Source: Vescimonas coprocola (GTDB taxonomy: Bacteria; Bacillota_I; Bacilli_A; RF39; UBA660). Taken from it: 64,000 nucleotides of DNA. The notes under the pieces are model-generated. The model worked only from the letters and a program-made list of their open reading frames with translations, had not been told where the DNA came from and made no database searches. The translations under genes were made by a program, and so were the position numbers. Below, one piece after another: positions 17,955 through 28,915 of this stretch; within the stretch, counting starts at the first letter, position 1; each line of letters opens with the position of its first letter. The stretch covers positions 11,465 to 75,464 of the forward strand of contig CAVKYE010000004.1 of the NCBI GenBank assembly GCA_963660615.1. The letters are read 5' to 3'.

Positions 17955-19806
17955 AATAATCCCTCTTTAAATAAATCATCAAAATAGAAATATCCGCCGG
18001 ATTAACCCCGCTAATCCTAAGAGCCTGTCCCAAAGATGTTGGCCTAACCTCCTTAAGCTTCTGCTTAGCCTCACTTGCCAAATTATGCATAGCATCATAA
18101 TCAACATCAGAAGGAATAAGTTTCTTCTCTAAATCCTTCATCTTCATAGCCTCGGCCTTAGCCTTCATAATGTATCCCTCATATTTAATCATAATAGAAA
18201 CCTCTTCTAAAACATCTGGCGAATAAGAATAAGAAAGCCTATCAGTCAAAGAAGAAATATTAACCTCAGGTCGCTTAAGCAAATTATATAAAGTCATACC
18301 ATCCTTAATACCAGAAGTACCAATAGATAAAAGAAAATCATTTTCCAAAGGAGTTACCTTTAATGTCATAAGTTCACAAGTAAGCTTATCAATTTCCTCT
18401 TTCTTCTTTAAAAACTTAGAATACCTCTCATCATTAATAAGACCAACACTTCTTCCATAATCACAAAGACGCAAATCCGCATTATCATGTCTTAAAAGCA
18501 AACGATACTCAGCCCTAGAAGTAAGAAGTCTATAAGGATCACGAATACCTTTAGTAACCAAATCATCAATTAAAACACCAATATAAGCCTCATCACGCCC
18601 CAAAATAAGCGGTTCTTTATCCTCAAGACTCAAAGAAGCGTTAATACCAGCAATAAGTCCCTGACAGGCAGCCTCCTCATAACCACTAGTACCATTAATT
18701 TGACCAGCCGTATAAAGGCCAGAATAAAGTTTAGTCTCAAGCGTTCTCTTAAGCTGCGTAGGATAAATAGAATCATACTCAATCGCATAAGCATACTTTA
18801 AAATCTTAGCATTTTCAAGTCCAGGCAAACTATGAACCATCTTTTCTTGAACATCATAAGGCATACTAGTAGAAAAACCTTGAATATAGACATCATCATA
18901 AAATCTACTCTCAGGTTCCAAAAAAAGCTGATGTCTTTCCTTAGAAGCAAACCTCACAACCTTATCTTCAATAGAAGGGCAATACCTAGGACCGATAGAC
19001 TTAACATCAGAAAGCCCACCATACATACTAGACTTATTTAAATTTTCCTTAATAATATCATGCGTAAGACTAGTTGTATAAGTCAAATAACAAGGCTCCT
19101 GATTACAAACATCATATATTGGATCCATATCAAAACTAAAAGTATGATAAACACTATCCCCATCTTCCCTTTTAGTCTTCGAAAAATCAATACTAGACTT
19201 CAAAACCCTTTGAGGTGTACCCGTTTTAAGACGCTTAAGAATAAACCCCTTTTTTGCCAAATTATCACTCAAATAATTAGAAGGTTTCTCCCCGTGAGGC
19301 CCTTCCCTTCTTCTCGTATCACCAACCAAAATATCAGAATTCATATAAGTACCAGTCGTCAAAATAACACAAGAAGACTTAATAGAAGTACCATCCTCAA
19401 GTAAAACACCACAAACCTTAGAAGAAGAAGTCATAATATCAGCTACAAAGCCCTCTAAAATAGTTAAATTTTCCGTACTTTCCAAAGTCTTAATCATTTC
19501 TTTAGGATAAATAGTCTTATCAGCCTGAGCTCTTAAAGCCCTAACCGCAGGTCCCTTACCACTATTAAGCATCTTAATCTGAATCAAAGATTTATCAGCA
19601 TTACGGCCCATCTCACCACCTAAAGAATCAATCTCCCTAACAACAATCCCTTTCGCACTACCACCAATCGATGGATTACAAGGCATATCCGCAATATTAT
19701 TTTTATTTCCCGTAATAAGTAAAGTCTTATGACCCATACGTGCAGACGCAAGCGAAGCCTCACAGCCCGCATGACCGCCACCAACAACAATAATTTCATA
19801 TTCCAT
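17941..19806 (-). CDS. mnmG: tRNA uridine 5-carboxymethylaminomethyl modification enzyme
   Basis: 621 aa; [14 protein letters not shown] motif; synteny. Confidence 0.96.
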   Translation of the reverse strand: MEYEIIVVGGGHAGCEASLASARMGHKTLLITGNKNNIADMPCNPSIGGSAKGIVVREIDSLGGEMGRNADKSLIQIKMLNSGKGPAVRALRAQADKTIYPKEMIKTLESTENLTILEGFVADIMTSSSKVCGVLLEDGTSIKSSCVILTTGTYMNSDILVGDTRRREGPHGEKPSNYLSDNLAKKGFILKRLKTGTPQRVLKSSIDFSKTKREDGDSVYHTFSFDMDPIYDVCNQEPCYLTYTTSLTHDIIKENLNKSSMYGGLSDVKSIGPRYCPSIEDKVVRFASKERHQLFLEPESRFYDDVYIQGFSTSMPYDVQEKMVHSLPGLENAKILKYAYAIEYDSIYPTQLKRTLETKLYSGLYTAGQINGTSGYEEAACQGLIAGINASLSLEDKEPLILGRDEAYIGVLIDDLVTKGIRDPYRLLTSRAEYRLLLRHDNADLRLCDYGRSVGLINDERYSKFLKKKEEIDKLTCELMTLKVTPLENDFLLSIGTSGIKDGMTLYNLLKRPEVNISSLTDRLSYSYSPDVLEEVSIMIKYEGYIMKAKAEAMKMKDLEKKLIPSDVDYDAMHNLASEAKQKLKEVRPTSLGQALRISGVNPADISILMIYLKRDYYDKR

Positions 19807-19891
19807 TTATATCACCAAATTTCTTAACATAAATATTATACATTTATTTTCAAAGAAGAACAAGCAAAAGAAACTATATTTCAAGTTTCTA

Positions 19892-21241
19892 CTACTTTCC
19901 AACACAAAAATTACTAAAAATATTATCAATAAGCTCATCATCATAACTTTCGCCAATAATTTTCCCAAGCAAATTCCAAATATTTTTCAAATCAATCTCA
20001 ATCATATCCAAAGTATACCCCGCATTAAGTCCTTTTTCAACCTCATCTATTGCCACCATAACCTTATCCAAAATAGAAAGCGACCTCGCACTAGTTAAAT
20101 AAGTCAAATCGTCAGTCTCAATCCTCTCTAAATTAAATAATTCCTTAATCCTATCCTTAATCAAATCAATATTAATATCCTTAAGTGCACTCACATAAAT
20201 AACATCATCAAGATCATCATCATTAATCTTTTTAGGTAAATCACACTTATTAACAATAATAATATAATTCTTATCACGAAGCTTATCCAAAATCTTATAA
20301 TCATCAGAAGTAAGCTTCTCATTATAATTAAGAACAAACAAAATCAAATCAGCCGAATCAATAAGTTTCAAACTATTTCGAACGCCAATTTCTTCAACCA
20401 CATCAGAAGTATCACGAATACCAGCCGTATCAACTAAATTCAAAATAATATTATCAATAACAATTGATTCCTCAACACTATCTCGAGTAGTACCTTTAAT
20501 ATCCGTAACAATCGCTTTAGACTCACCAATCAAATTATTAAGCAAACTACTCTTACCAACATTAGGTCTACCAATAATAGCCGTCTTAATACCATTTTTC
20601 AAAAGCTGACCATTCTTACCACTAGAAGCAATCTCACTTACCTTTTCCTTAAACAAAACCATACTTTCTTTAATCTTATTAACCGTAACATCCTCAATAT
20701 CATCATACTCAGGATAATTCAAGTTAACCTCAATATTAGCCAAAATAAAAGCCATTTTCTCCCTCAAATCAGTAATCATAGAAGAAGTCTTACCACTTAC
20801 CTGTTTAATAGCCATCTTTCTTGACTTTTCCGTCTTAGAATTAATCAAATCCATAACACCCTCAGCCTCAGTCAAATCAATACGGCCATTCAAAAAAGCC
20901 CTTTTAGTAAACTCACCAGGTAAAGCAAGTCTGCATCCAGAAGAAAGAAGAAGCCTTAAAATATGATTAGTAGTCGCAATGCCACCATGAGCATTAATTT
21001 CAACCACATCCTCCATCGTAAATGTTCTAGGAGCTCTCATCAAAGAAACCAAAACCTCATCAACCCTATCCTCACCATCCATAATATAACCATAATGAAT
21101 AGTATGTGTAGGAGCATCCTTCATTTTTTTATTAGAAAAAATTGAAGAAACAATACTAATAGCCATAGGGCCACTAACCCTAATAATCGAAATAGCCCCA
21201 ACTCCCTGAGCCGTAGAAATCGCTGCAATTGTGTCATTCAT
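19892..21241 (-). CDS. mnmE: tRNA modification GTPase
   Basis: 449 aa; GRPNVGKSSLLN, DTAG, NKCD; C-terminal CVGK. Confidence 0.96.
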   Translation of the reverse strand: MNDTIAAISTAQGVGAISIIRVSGPMAISIVSSIFSNKKMKDAPTHTIHYGYIMDGEDRVDEVLVSLMRAPRTFTMEDVVEINAHGGIATTNHILRLLLSSGCRLALPGEFTKRAFLNGRIDLTEAEGVMDLINSKTEKSRKMAIKQVSGKTSSMITDLREKMAFILANIEVNLNYPEYDDIEDVTVNKIKESMVLFKEKVSEIASSGKNGQLLKNGIKTAIIGRPNVGKSSLLNNLIGESKAIVTDIKGTTRDSVEESIVIDNIILNLVDTAGIRDTSDVVEEIGVRNSLKLIDSADLILFVLNYNEKLTSDDYKILDKLRDKNYIIIVNKCDLPKKINDDDLDDVIYVSALKDINIDLIKDRIKELFNLERIETDDLTYLTSARSLSILDKVMVAIDEVEKGLNAGYTLDMIEIDLKNIWNLLGKIIGESYDDELIDNIFSNFCVGK

Positions 21242-21330
21242 ATACTGTCACCTCTCAAAAATAATTTTACTATGAGAAAAAAAAATAGTCAACAAAGTGA
21301 CCAAATTAATTATTGTGGAAAACAAAATAA

Positions 21331-21855
21331 CTACTTCTTCTTTTTAGAAATCCCCAAATATTTAAGTAAATTCTTATCAGGCTTCAAAATACCCACACTA
21401 ACCTTCTTATCAACAAAAGTAACAACCCATCCTTCTGCATATTTAGGCGGATAAATATTAAGTGGAAACATATGTCTTAAAATAATATCAGAAACTCTAT
21501 CATTAATGTACTCAGGAAAAAACTTAACCGCATTATCCAAAGCATCAGCCGCATGAGTAAAACCATGCTGCTTAAAAAATGGCTTCTTCTCTCCTAAATG
21601 TTCCTGCCATGGTTCACTATAAAAATCATGAAGAACCCCACCGATAGCCGCATCACGGTAATTAAGACCTATCTTAAGACAGTACCTATAAGCAATATAA
21701 GAAACCATAATACAATGTTCATAAACCGAGCAATCATCATGATGCATAAAAAACTTCCGCTTAGAAAACTCAGAAGAATTAATAATAGGCGAAACAATCT
21801 TCATATATTCCACATCTTTAAGTGCCCTATCTAGAGTAATACCAACCTTATTCAA
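21331..21855 (-). CDS. HD-domain phosphohydrolase
   Basis: 174 aa; H...HD (GGVLHDFY) metal motif. Inserted between mnmE and jag. Confidence 0.7.
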   Translation of the reverse strand: MNKVGITLDRALKDVEYMKIVSPIINSSEFSKRKFFMHHDDCSVYEHCIMVSYIAYRYCLKIGLNYRDAAIGGVLHDFYSEPWQEHLGEKKPFFKQHGFTHAADALDNAVKFFPEYINDRVSDIILRHMFPLNIYPPKYAEGWVVTFVDKKVSVGILKPDKNLLKYLGISKKKK

Positions 21856-21887
21856 ATAAAATCCCTCATTCCTAACAAAAAGAAAGA

Positions 21888-22514
21888 TTACAAACCTTCC
21901 TCATTAACTTTAATTACTACATGACGATTAGGCTCCACGCCTTCACTTTCAGTCACAAGCATATCAAATTCATTAACAACATTATGGACAAGACGTCTTT
22001 CATAAGAATTCATAGGTTCCAAAGAAACAGGTACCTTATTATCCATAATCTCCTTACAAACCTTACGAACAGTTGACTCAATAGAAGCCTCACGATTAGC
22101 CTTATAATTAGAAATATCTAAATTAACCTTAAAATCAAAATTTCCAAACTTTCTAATCGATTGACGCAAAATCATCTGAATACTATTCAAAGTTTTACCT
22201 TCCCTTCCAATCAAAGTTGCGTTATCCAAAGAAACAATTTGAACCGAAAACCCATTTATATTTTCACTAATCTCAATATCAAATTTTGTCCCCATTTTAT
22301 AAGCAAGTGAAGAAAGAAAAGACTTAATATACTCCTTAACCGCATACTTAGTCGTCAAAGTACAAATAAACCTCTTTCCCTTAAAAAGTCCACCATCCGA
22401 CTCTTCAAAATAATAATAACACTCATCCGCACAAACATTAAAAGATTCCAAAGCCTTATTTAAAGCTTCATCCTTACTTTTTGCTTCGCACCTTAACAAC
22501 TCTAACATCATCAT
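21888..22514 (-). CDS. khpB: RNA-binding protein Jag/KhpB (Jag_N-KH-R3H)
   Basis: 208 aa; R3H-type SYERRLVHNVV; follows yidC. Confidence 0.9.
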   Translation of the reverse strand: MMMLELLRCEAKSKDEALNKALESFNVCADECYYYFEESDGGLFKGKRFICTLTTKYAVKEYIKSFLSSLAYKMGTKFDIEISENINGFSVQIVSLDNATLIGREGKTLNSIQMILRQSIRKFGNFDFKVNLDISNYKANREASIESTVRKVCKEIMDNKVPVSLEPMNSYERRLVHNVVNEFDMLVTESEGVEPNRHVVIKVNEEGL

Positions 22515-23469
22515 TCTTCCTCCTAATTAATAAAGTTTGAATAATCGTAAATAGACTTCCAGTAATCCAATAAATAATAATACTAGTAGACATCGTAAAT
22601 GAAACAACAGTAATAAATACCATCATAATATTCATCATAAGTTTCATTTGTTTCTCCTGATCAGAATTCATAGCAGTTGCCCCAGAATTCATCTTAAATG
22701 AGAAGAAAGTAGCAAGACCAACTAAAACAGGAAGTAGAATATAAATAATATTACCTGAAGCAAAAGAATCCGCAAAATGACTAAATGAGAAACTAGTACC
22801 AAATAAAGCACTAAACGGACTCATTCCTAAACTAAATCCTAAAAATTCACCTTCAAACACCGCTGGAATACGATACAAACTTTCAAGGAAAGCAAAGAAT
22901 AAAGGCATTTGAATAAAAGCAAACAAACAACCAGCCATAGGATTAATATTATACTTTTTATAAATCCCCATCATTTCCTGAGCCTGCATCATCTGATCTT
23001 GCTGTGAAGTACGATTGCGATACTTATCCTGAAGTTTTTTCAAATCAGAAGAAGCCTTTTTCATATTTTCAGACTGCATAGCAGATTTCCTACTAAGAGG
23101 GAAAATAATCAAACGAATAAGAATCGTAACCAAAATAATAGCAAGCCCATAATTCTTAACAATATCCCCAAGTTTAATAATAAGAAAACTCAAAGGCTTA
23201 ATAAACAAAGTACTCCAAATACCTTCATATCCCCCACTCGCTGGCGTAAAATCAGAACACTTAGGAAGAGATGAAATATCCTTATCATTCTCCTTATAAG
23301 TCTTAATAACATCATTATTTTCTGGCTGACATAAAATATTAGAAGCCAAACTCTGACCATTAGTAGGTTCCGTAACCACCTTACCAGTATCATCTTTTAA
23401 ATATTGCGTACACCCAGTAAGAGACAAAGTCATAACCAAAAGTGCCACAACTAAAATTTTTTTATACAT
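22474..23469 (-). CDS. yidC: membrane protein insertase YidC/SpoIIIJ (lipoprotein)
   Basis: 331 aa; lipobox LSLTGC; multi-TM; synteny rnpA-yidC-jag. Confidence 0.93.
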   Translation of the reverse strand: MYKKILVVALLVMTLSLTGCTQYLKDDTGKVVTEPTNGQSLASNILCQPENNDVIKTYKENDKDISSLPKCSDFTPASGGYEGIWSTLFIKPLSFLIIKLGDIVKNYGLAIILVTILIRLIIFPLSRKSAMQSENMKKASSDLKKLQDKYRNRTSQQDQMMQAQEMMGIYKKYNINPMAGCLFAFIQMPLFFAFLESLYRIPAVFEGEFLGFSLGMSPFSALFGTSFSFSHFADSFASGNIIYILLPVLVGLATFFSFKMNSGATAMNSDQEKQMKLMMNIMMVFITVVSFTMSTSIIIYWITGSLFTIIQTLLIRRKNDDVRVVKVRSKK

Positions 23470-23470
23470 A

Positions 23471-23806
23471 TCATTTCTCCTTCGTAATTTTTACCAAATC
23501 CAAAGCCCTAAGCAAATTCTCTTCCATCTCAGAAAAAGAACGATTCAGTATTCCCTTTCCTACTATTATAATACAATTAAAATTATTTTTGTAGGTCCTC
23601 TTATCAATAATATTCCTTAAACGCCTTTTATATTTATTACGCGTAACTGCATTACCAATTTTTTTACCAACTGAAAAGCCAAACTTATAAGGTCCATCAC
23701 TTTTCCTTTCAATATAAATAATATAATCCTTATATTTAAAAGGCTTATAAGAACCGATAATTCGATTAAAATCATCATTGCTCTTCAAAATATTAATCTT
23801 TTTCAT
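23471..23806 (-). CDS. rnpA: ribonuclease P protein component
   Basis: Track ORF trimmed to ATG at 23806 (AGGTGA upstream); FGFSVGKKIGNAVTRNKYKRRLR. Confidence 0.9.
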   Translation of the reverse strand: MKKINILKSNDDFNRIIGSYKPFKYKDYIIYIERKSDGPYKFGFSVGKKIGNAVTRNKYKRRLRNIIDKRTYKNNFNCIIIVGKGILNRSFSEMEENLLRALDLVKITKEK

Positions 23807-23850
23807 AATCATCACCTATACAAAAACCACTGCTCCTAAAGCAGCGGCTA

Positions 23851-23976
23851 CTAATGAGATAAAACTTTACGTCCTTTTTTTCTACGACGTTTAATAATAT
23901 TAGTTTGCATTCTCGCAAAAAATCCCATTTTTTTACTTCTTCTTCTATTATTAGGTTGAAAAGTTCTCTTAGACAT
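23851..23976 (-). CDS. rpmH: 50S ribosomal protein L34
   Basis: Below track cutoff. My translation [52 protein letters not shown] upstream. Classic rpmH-rnpA pair facing dnaA. Confidence 0.93.
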   Translation of the reverse strand: MSKRTFQPNNRRRSKKMGFFARMQTNIIKRRRKKGRKVLSH

Positions 23977-24208
23977 ATTACACACTCCTCCCTTAAAATT
24001 TCATCTGCTTTTTCAATTATATAGATAAAACTAAGTTTTGTCAACATCTTTCACCATATTGTTATACATTTCCCCCATATTATAAACATATTTTCAAAAA
24101 ACAAAATAATGAACAAAACACCCACATTTAAACATATATATAAGTAAAAGCACCCCAAAAAAAGTTTTCCATATAACGTCAAAATTACACATTGTTTACG
24201 TATTTACG

Positions 24209-24404
24209 TTATCCACATAGTTTTCCACAGTAAAATACTTTTAGTTACAACATCAAACAAATTTTTTCAACACATGTGGAAATGTAAAACTTTATTCACA
24301 TTGTGGAAATAAATATTATCCACAAATATTGTGGAAATAAACAAAAAAAATAGAAAAATAAAAGAAAAAAGCCTGTGTATATCTTTTTTTTTCACTTTTC
24401 CACA
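24209..24404. promoter_or_regulatory. DnaA-box cluster upstream of dnaA (oriC left part / dnaA promoter region)
   Basis: TTATCCACA at 24209 and 24316; TTTTCCACA at 24221 and 24396; TTATTCACA at 24292; TGTGGAAAT (complement orientation) at 24275, 24302 and 24330. Confidence 0.85.
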
Positions 24405-24477
24405 TATTTAGACTTTAAATTTTACCAAAAATAAGGTAAAATGATTATTAGACAAATGCAGATTATGGGGGATAAAT

Positions 24478-25824
24478 ATGGACGTAGAAAATATCTGGAG
24501 TGTCTTTTTAGCCAAAATTGAAATGAAAGTAAAACCAGTACTATATCAAACGTGGTTTAAAGACACCAAACTAATAAAATTAACAAATGACGAAGCTCTC
24601 GTCGAAGTACCACTAGATGTACACAAAAAACACCTAAAAGAAAACTACAATGAAATAATAAAGGAAACATTCATGGAAGTAACAGGAACCATATATACAT
24701 TCGAATACGTTACAGAAAATGAAGTAGACGAAGAATTAACTGAATACAAGCCAGAAATAAAAGAAAACAACGAAGCAATATTTGAAAGTGGACTAGATAC
24801 AAAATACACATTTGATAATTTCATATCAGGTGAAAGTAACAAATTCGCCAAAGCCATTGGACTTGCCGTAGCTGAAAAACCAGGCAGTATGTACAATCCA
24901 CTATTTATCTATGGAAGTAGCGGACTTGGAAAAACCCATTTAATGCATGCAATAGGAAATTACATAACAGAAAACACAAACAAAAGAGTATTATATGTAA
25001 CTAGTGAAAAATTTGTCGATGATTTCCTAAGTTTATATAGAAAAAACGATAATAATTTCAAAGCTGTAGATAACTTCAAAAGAAAATATCGTAACATAGA
25101 CGTCCTAATGATAGACGATATACAATATCTAGAAATAGCCAGCAAAACCCAACAAGAATTTTTCAACACATTTAACGAACTTCACACCAATAACAAACAA
25201 ATAATAATATCATCAGATAGATCCCCAGATGACCTAAAAAAACTAGAAGAACGACTAAGAACAAGATTCAACTGGGGACTAACCATTGATATATTACCAC
25301 CAGACTTTGAATTAAGAATGGCCATATTAGATAAAAAAATAGAAGCACAGGGGATAAGTAGCTACGTTCCAGCAGAAGTAAAAGAATACATCGCCGGCAA
25401 CTGTAAAACTGATATAAGAAAACTAGAAGGCGCATTAACTAGAGTATTTGCTTACGCCACCATAATGAATGGGTCAGAAATAACCATAGACCTTGCCATA
25501 GAAGCACTAAAAGACTACATAGGAAAAAACATCATATCAAAAAATAAAATAGAAAGCGTAATCCAATTAGTCGCCAGTACATATAACATCACCCCAGAAG
25601 ACATAAAAAGTAAAAAAAGATTATCAAAAATATCCGTACCAAGACAAATTGGAATGTATATATGCAGAATACATCTAAAAGAATCACTACCAAAAATAGG
25701 AAGTGAATTTGGTGGAAAAGACCACACAACAGTAATGCACTCAGTAAATAAAATAAAAAGAGAACTTACAAAAGACAAAAAACTAGAAGAAGAAATAAAT
25801 AAAATAATAAGCAAATTAAAATAG
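24478..25824 (+). CDS. dnaA: chromosomal replication initiator protein DnaA
   Basis: 448 aa; GSSGLGKTHL Walker A; C-terminal GGKDHTTVMHS. Confidence 0.98.
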   Translation: MDVENIWSVFLAKIEMKVKPVLYQTWFKDTKLIKLTNDEALVEVPLDVHKKHLKENYNEIIKETFMEVTGTIYTFEYVTENEVDEELTEYKPEIKENNEAIFESGLDTKYTFDNFISGESNKFAKAIGLAVAEKPGSMYNPLFIYGSSGLGKTHLMHAIGNYITENTNKRVLYVTSEKFVDDFLSLYRKNDNNFKAVDNFKRKYRNIDVLMIDDIQYLEIASKTQQEFFNTFNELHTNNKQIIISSDRSPDDLKKLEERLRTRFNWGLTIDILPPDFELRMAILDKKIEAQGISSYVPAEVKEYIAGNCKTDIRKLEGALTRVFAYATIMNGSEITIDLAIEALKDYIGKNIISKNKIESVIQLVASTYNITPEDIKSKKRLSKISVPRQIGMYICRIHLKESLPKIGSEFGGKDHTTVMHSVNKIKRELTKDKKLEEEINKIISKLK

Positions 25825-25894
25825 TGTATAATTTAAAAAAAATCCACAATATTTCACATCACCAAAATCCCAAAAAGCCATAAAATTAAACAAA

Positions 25895-25960
25895 ATTTCC
25901 ACTTTTCCACATTTTCCACACCAATAATAAAAATACATTTAATAAAATAAAAATAAAAGG
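25895..25960. promoter_or_regulatory. DnaA boxes plus AT-rich stretch between dnaA and dnaN (oriC right part, candidate unwinding region)
   Basis: ATTTCCACT 25895, TTTTCCACA 25903 and 25912 in tandem, followed by aataataaaaatacatttaataaaataaaaataaaa. A further TTTTCCACA lies at 27109..27117 just after dnaN. Confidence 0.7.
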
Positions 25961-25970
25961 AGAAAAATTT

Positions 25971-27092
25971 ATGAAAATAGAAATAAAACAAGACATATTA
26001 TTAGAACATTTAAACTATGTAATTAGAGGAATATCATCAAAAAATTTAAGACCAATTCTAAACTGCATAAAATTTGACTTAAAAGAAGAAGGTTTATACC
26101 TTATGAGTACAGATAATGAAATAGCCATCAAAACATTTATCGAAAAAAAAGACATCGAAAAAATAGATAACTATGGTGAAATAGTTGTATCAGGAAGATA
26201 TATATATGATATAGTAAGAAAACTACCAGATGAAATTATAAATATAGAAGAGGTTATAGATTCAAAAATATACATAACTACAAAAAACTCATCATTTAAC
26301 TTAAATTGCAGTAACCCCTCAGAATTTCCAAATCTAGAACTTGAATATAGACCAGATCCTATAATTTTAACCGAAAAAACATTTAAAACAATAGTAGGAC
26401 AAACATCATTTGCCACATCAGCCCAAGAATCAAGACCAGTACTAACAGGAATCAATTTCAAAATAAAAAACAATATAATGGAATGTACCGCAACAGATTC
26501 ATATAGATTAGCCATCAAAAAATTAGAACTAAATCAAAACCTTAGTGAAGAAGTAAATATAATTATCCCCAACAAAAATATATTAGAACTAGTCAAATTG
26601 ATGAATGATGATGAAGAACAAGTAGAAATGCATATATTTGGAAACAAAGTAATATTCAAGTTCAAAAGTATAAGCATGATGACAAGACTAATCAGTGGAA
26701 CCTATCCAGATACATCAAAATTAATACCAACAGAATTTGCTCTAACACTAAAAATAAATTTAATGGATTTCTTTAGTGCCATAGATAGAGCATCACTATT
26801 AACAAACGAAAGTGATAAAAACACAATAAAATTAGAAACCAAAGGAAATACAGTAATAATTTCCTCAAATATTCCTGAAATAGGAAATGTAGAAGAAAAA
26901 ATCACTGTGGAAAAGAGTAACGAAGATAACATAAGAATTGCATTTAATTCAAAATTTATGTTAGACTCAATAAGAGTACTAGAATCAGAAGAAATAGAAT
27001 TATTATTCAATGGGGAATTCAAACCAATAATAATAAAAAATCCAGAAAGTGACAGTTTAACACAATTAATCTTACCAATTAGGACCTATTAA
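25971..27092 (+). CDS. dnaN: DNA polymerase III beta sliding clamp
   Basis: 373 aa; position after dnaA; C-terminal LILPIRTY. Confidence 0.96.
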   Translation: MKIEIKQDILLEHLNYVIRGISSKNLRPILNCIKFDLKEEGLYLMSTDNEIAIKTFIEKKDIEKIDNYGEIVVSGRYIYDIVRKLPDEIINIEEVIDSKIYITTKNSSFNLNCSNPSEFPNLELEYRPDPIILTEKTFKTIVGQTSFATSAQESRPVLTGINFKIKNNIMECTATDSYRLAIKKLELNQNLSEEVNIIIPNKNILELVKLMNDDEEQVEMHIFGNKVIFKFKSISMMTRLISGTYPDTSKLIPTEFALTLKINLMDFFSAIDRASLLTNESDKNTIKLETKGNTVIISSNIPEIGNVEEKITVEKSNEDNIRIAFNSKFMLDSIRVLESEEIELLFNGEFKPIIIKNPESDSLTQLILPIRTY

Positions 27093-27205
27093 AGGTCTTT
27101 TTTTTCACTTTTCCACACACATATGACAAAATTTGATAAAATTTGACAAAAGAAAAGAGTATAAGAGATGTGTCAGCAAAAACTGACAAGAAAGGGGGAT
27201 TTGGT

Positions 27206-27661
27206 ATGATCGATAAAGATATATACGAAATCAATAAAAATACATGTGCTATAATAGCCACAGAAAATAACAAAGCAAAGGTAATAGAAACAGAAAACAC
27301 AATAGTTTTAGAAACCAAAACACTTGATATAATGAAACGAAGTTGTGAATACTATGGTAGTACATTAGAAGGTAGAGTAAAGGGAAGTAAATCCCAATTA
27401 GGTATGAGATATAAACTTCCAGTAATTGTTGAAGAAAGTAAAGAAATAATCTTTTTTCCAACAACCTCGCTCTCTCAAAAAGACTGCAGTTGGATAAATT
27501 TAAAAGCCATAAAATCATATGAAAAAAAAGAATTTGGTGTTTCTGTAACCTTTGAAGGGAATTACGAACAAATAATTCCTATATCTTATGATTCATTTGA
27601 AAATCAGGTATTTAGAGCCACAAAGCTATTATTAATTCTTCAACATCGAAAAAATAATTAA
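27206..27661 (+). CDS. comK: competence transcription factor ComK family
   Basis: Trimmed to ATG at 27206 (AAGGGGGA upstream). RSCEYYGSTLEGRVKGS, IIFFPTTSLSQKDCSWIN and IPISYDSFENQVFRA align with B. subtilis ComK (RSCRFFGSSYAGRKAGT, IFLFPTLSSTRPQCGWIS, LPISYNSFENQVYRT; recalled from memory). Confidence 0.88.
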   Translation: MIDKDIYEINKNTCAIIATENNKAKVIETENTIVLETKTLDIMKRSCEYYGSTLEGRVKGSKSQLGMRYKLPVIVEESKEIIFFPTTSLSQKDCSWINLKAIKSYEKKEFGVSVTFEGNYEQIIPISYDSFENQVFRATKLLLILQHRKNN

Positions 27662-27666
27662 AAAAA

Positions 27667-27703
27667 GCAAAAAAATAAGTTAATAACAACTTATTTTTGC
27701 TTT
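27667..27703 (+). terminator. rho-independent terminator after comK
   Basis: gcaaaaaaataagtt / aacttatttttgc imperfect hairpin followed by ttt. Confidence 0.6.
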
Positions 27704-27718
27704 ATAAAGCCCATTTTG

Positions 27719-27727
27719 TGGTATAAT
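27719..27727 (+). promoter_or_regulatory. extended -10 (TGgTATAAT) upstream of recF
   Basis: ttttgtggtataatgg, 76 nt upstream of the recF ATG. Confidence 0.5.
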
Positions 27728-27802
27728 GGTATAGAGGTATAGGAGTATTACCAAAACCATTTTTGTTAAAATAAGGGGGTTAAAAATGCATAAAAACAAA
27801 AA

Positions 27803-28915
27803 ATGATAATCAAAAATATAGAATTAAAAAATTTTAGAAACTACGAAAGTTTAAAATTAAGCCTAAACCCTAAAATAAACATTATATATGGACAAAATGG
27901 TGCAGGCAAAACAAACATATTAGAAAGTATATATGTACTATCATTAGGAAAATCGCATCGTTCCTTTCTCGATGATACCCTTATCAAAAGTGGACAAGAA
28001 AAAGCACTAATAAAAGGTAAAATTCAAAACATAATACCTTATAATCTAGAAATAGAGATAACAAAAACAAAAAAGCAACTAAAAAAAGATGATAAAATAG
28101 TAACAAAATTAGGTGAATACATTGAAAAAATGAATATTATAATCTTCCACACAGATGATTTAGAATTAATAAAATCATCCCCAAGTGTCAGAAGAAAATA
28201 TCTTGATTTAGAGTTAAGCCAAATATCAAAAAATTATTATAATACTCTAAGTGACTATAATAAATTATTAAAATTAAGAAATGATTACTTAAAGCAAATG
28301 AGTGAAGGGAAAAAAATCGATAAAAACTATTTTGATATTTTAACAAGCTATCTTATAGAAAAAAGTGTATTTATATATCAAATGCGCAATAAATATATAG
28401 ATAAATTAAATAAAATTTGTCCAGCAATATTCAAAGATTTAACACAAAAGGAAAACTTTAAAATTGAATATTTACCATCTATAAGAATCGAAGAAAAAAC
28501 TGTGGAAAAAATAAGAGAAAAAATAAAAGAAAATTTCATTAATAATCTCCAAAAAGAAATACAAAACCATGCAACATTATATGGTCCGCATCGAGACGAT
28601 TTTTTATTCACATTAAATGGAAATAACTTAAAAAATTTTGGCTCACAAGGGCAACAACGAATAGCCGTTATAACCCTTAAACTATCAGAAATCAGCTTAT
28701 TTGAAGATTATAAAAAAACAAGTCCAATAATACTCTTAGATGATGTATTTAGTGAATTAGATGCTGAAAAGAAAAATAATTTATTATCCTATATCGATAA
28801 AGATATGCAGGTTATAATAACATCAACTGATTTAAACAATATTGATAAAAAAATAACAGCAAAGGCCAAATTAATTGAAATATCAAAAGGTCAAATTATA
28901 AAAGAGGTGAGATAA
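27803..28915 (+). CDS. recF: DNA replication and repair protein RecF
   Basis: 370 aa; [12 protein letters not shown] Walker A; [10 protein letters not shown] Walker B. Confidence 0.96.
   Translation: MIIKNIELKNFRNYESLKLSLNPKINIIYGQNGAGKTNILESIYVLSLGKSHRSFLDDTLIKSGQEKALIKGKIQNIIPYNLEIEITKTKKQLKKDDKIVTKLGEYIEKMNIIIFHTDDLELIKSSPSVRRKYLDLELSQISKNYYNTLSDYNKLLKLRNDYLKQMSEGKKIDKNYFDILTSYLIEKSVFIYQMRNKYIDKLNKICPAIFKDLTQKENFKIEYLPSIRIEEKTVEKIREKIKENFINNLQKEIQNHATLYGPHRDDFLFTLNGNNLKNFGSQGQQRIAVITLKLSEISLFEDYKKTSPIILLDDVFSELDAEKKNNLLSYIDKDMQVIITSTDLNNIDKKITAKAKLIEISKGQIIKEVR

Noticed and set aside
23793-24047. 84-aa track ORF on the minus strand between rnpA and the dnaA boxes
   Set aside because: It overlaps the well-supported rpmH (L34) gene in another frame and has no RBS.
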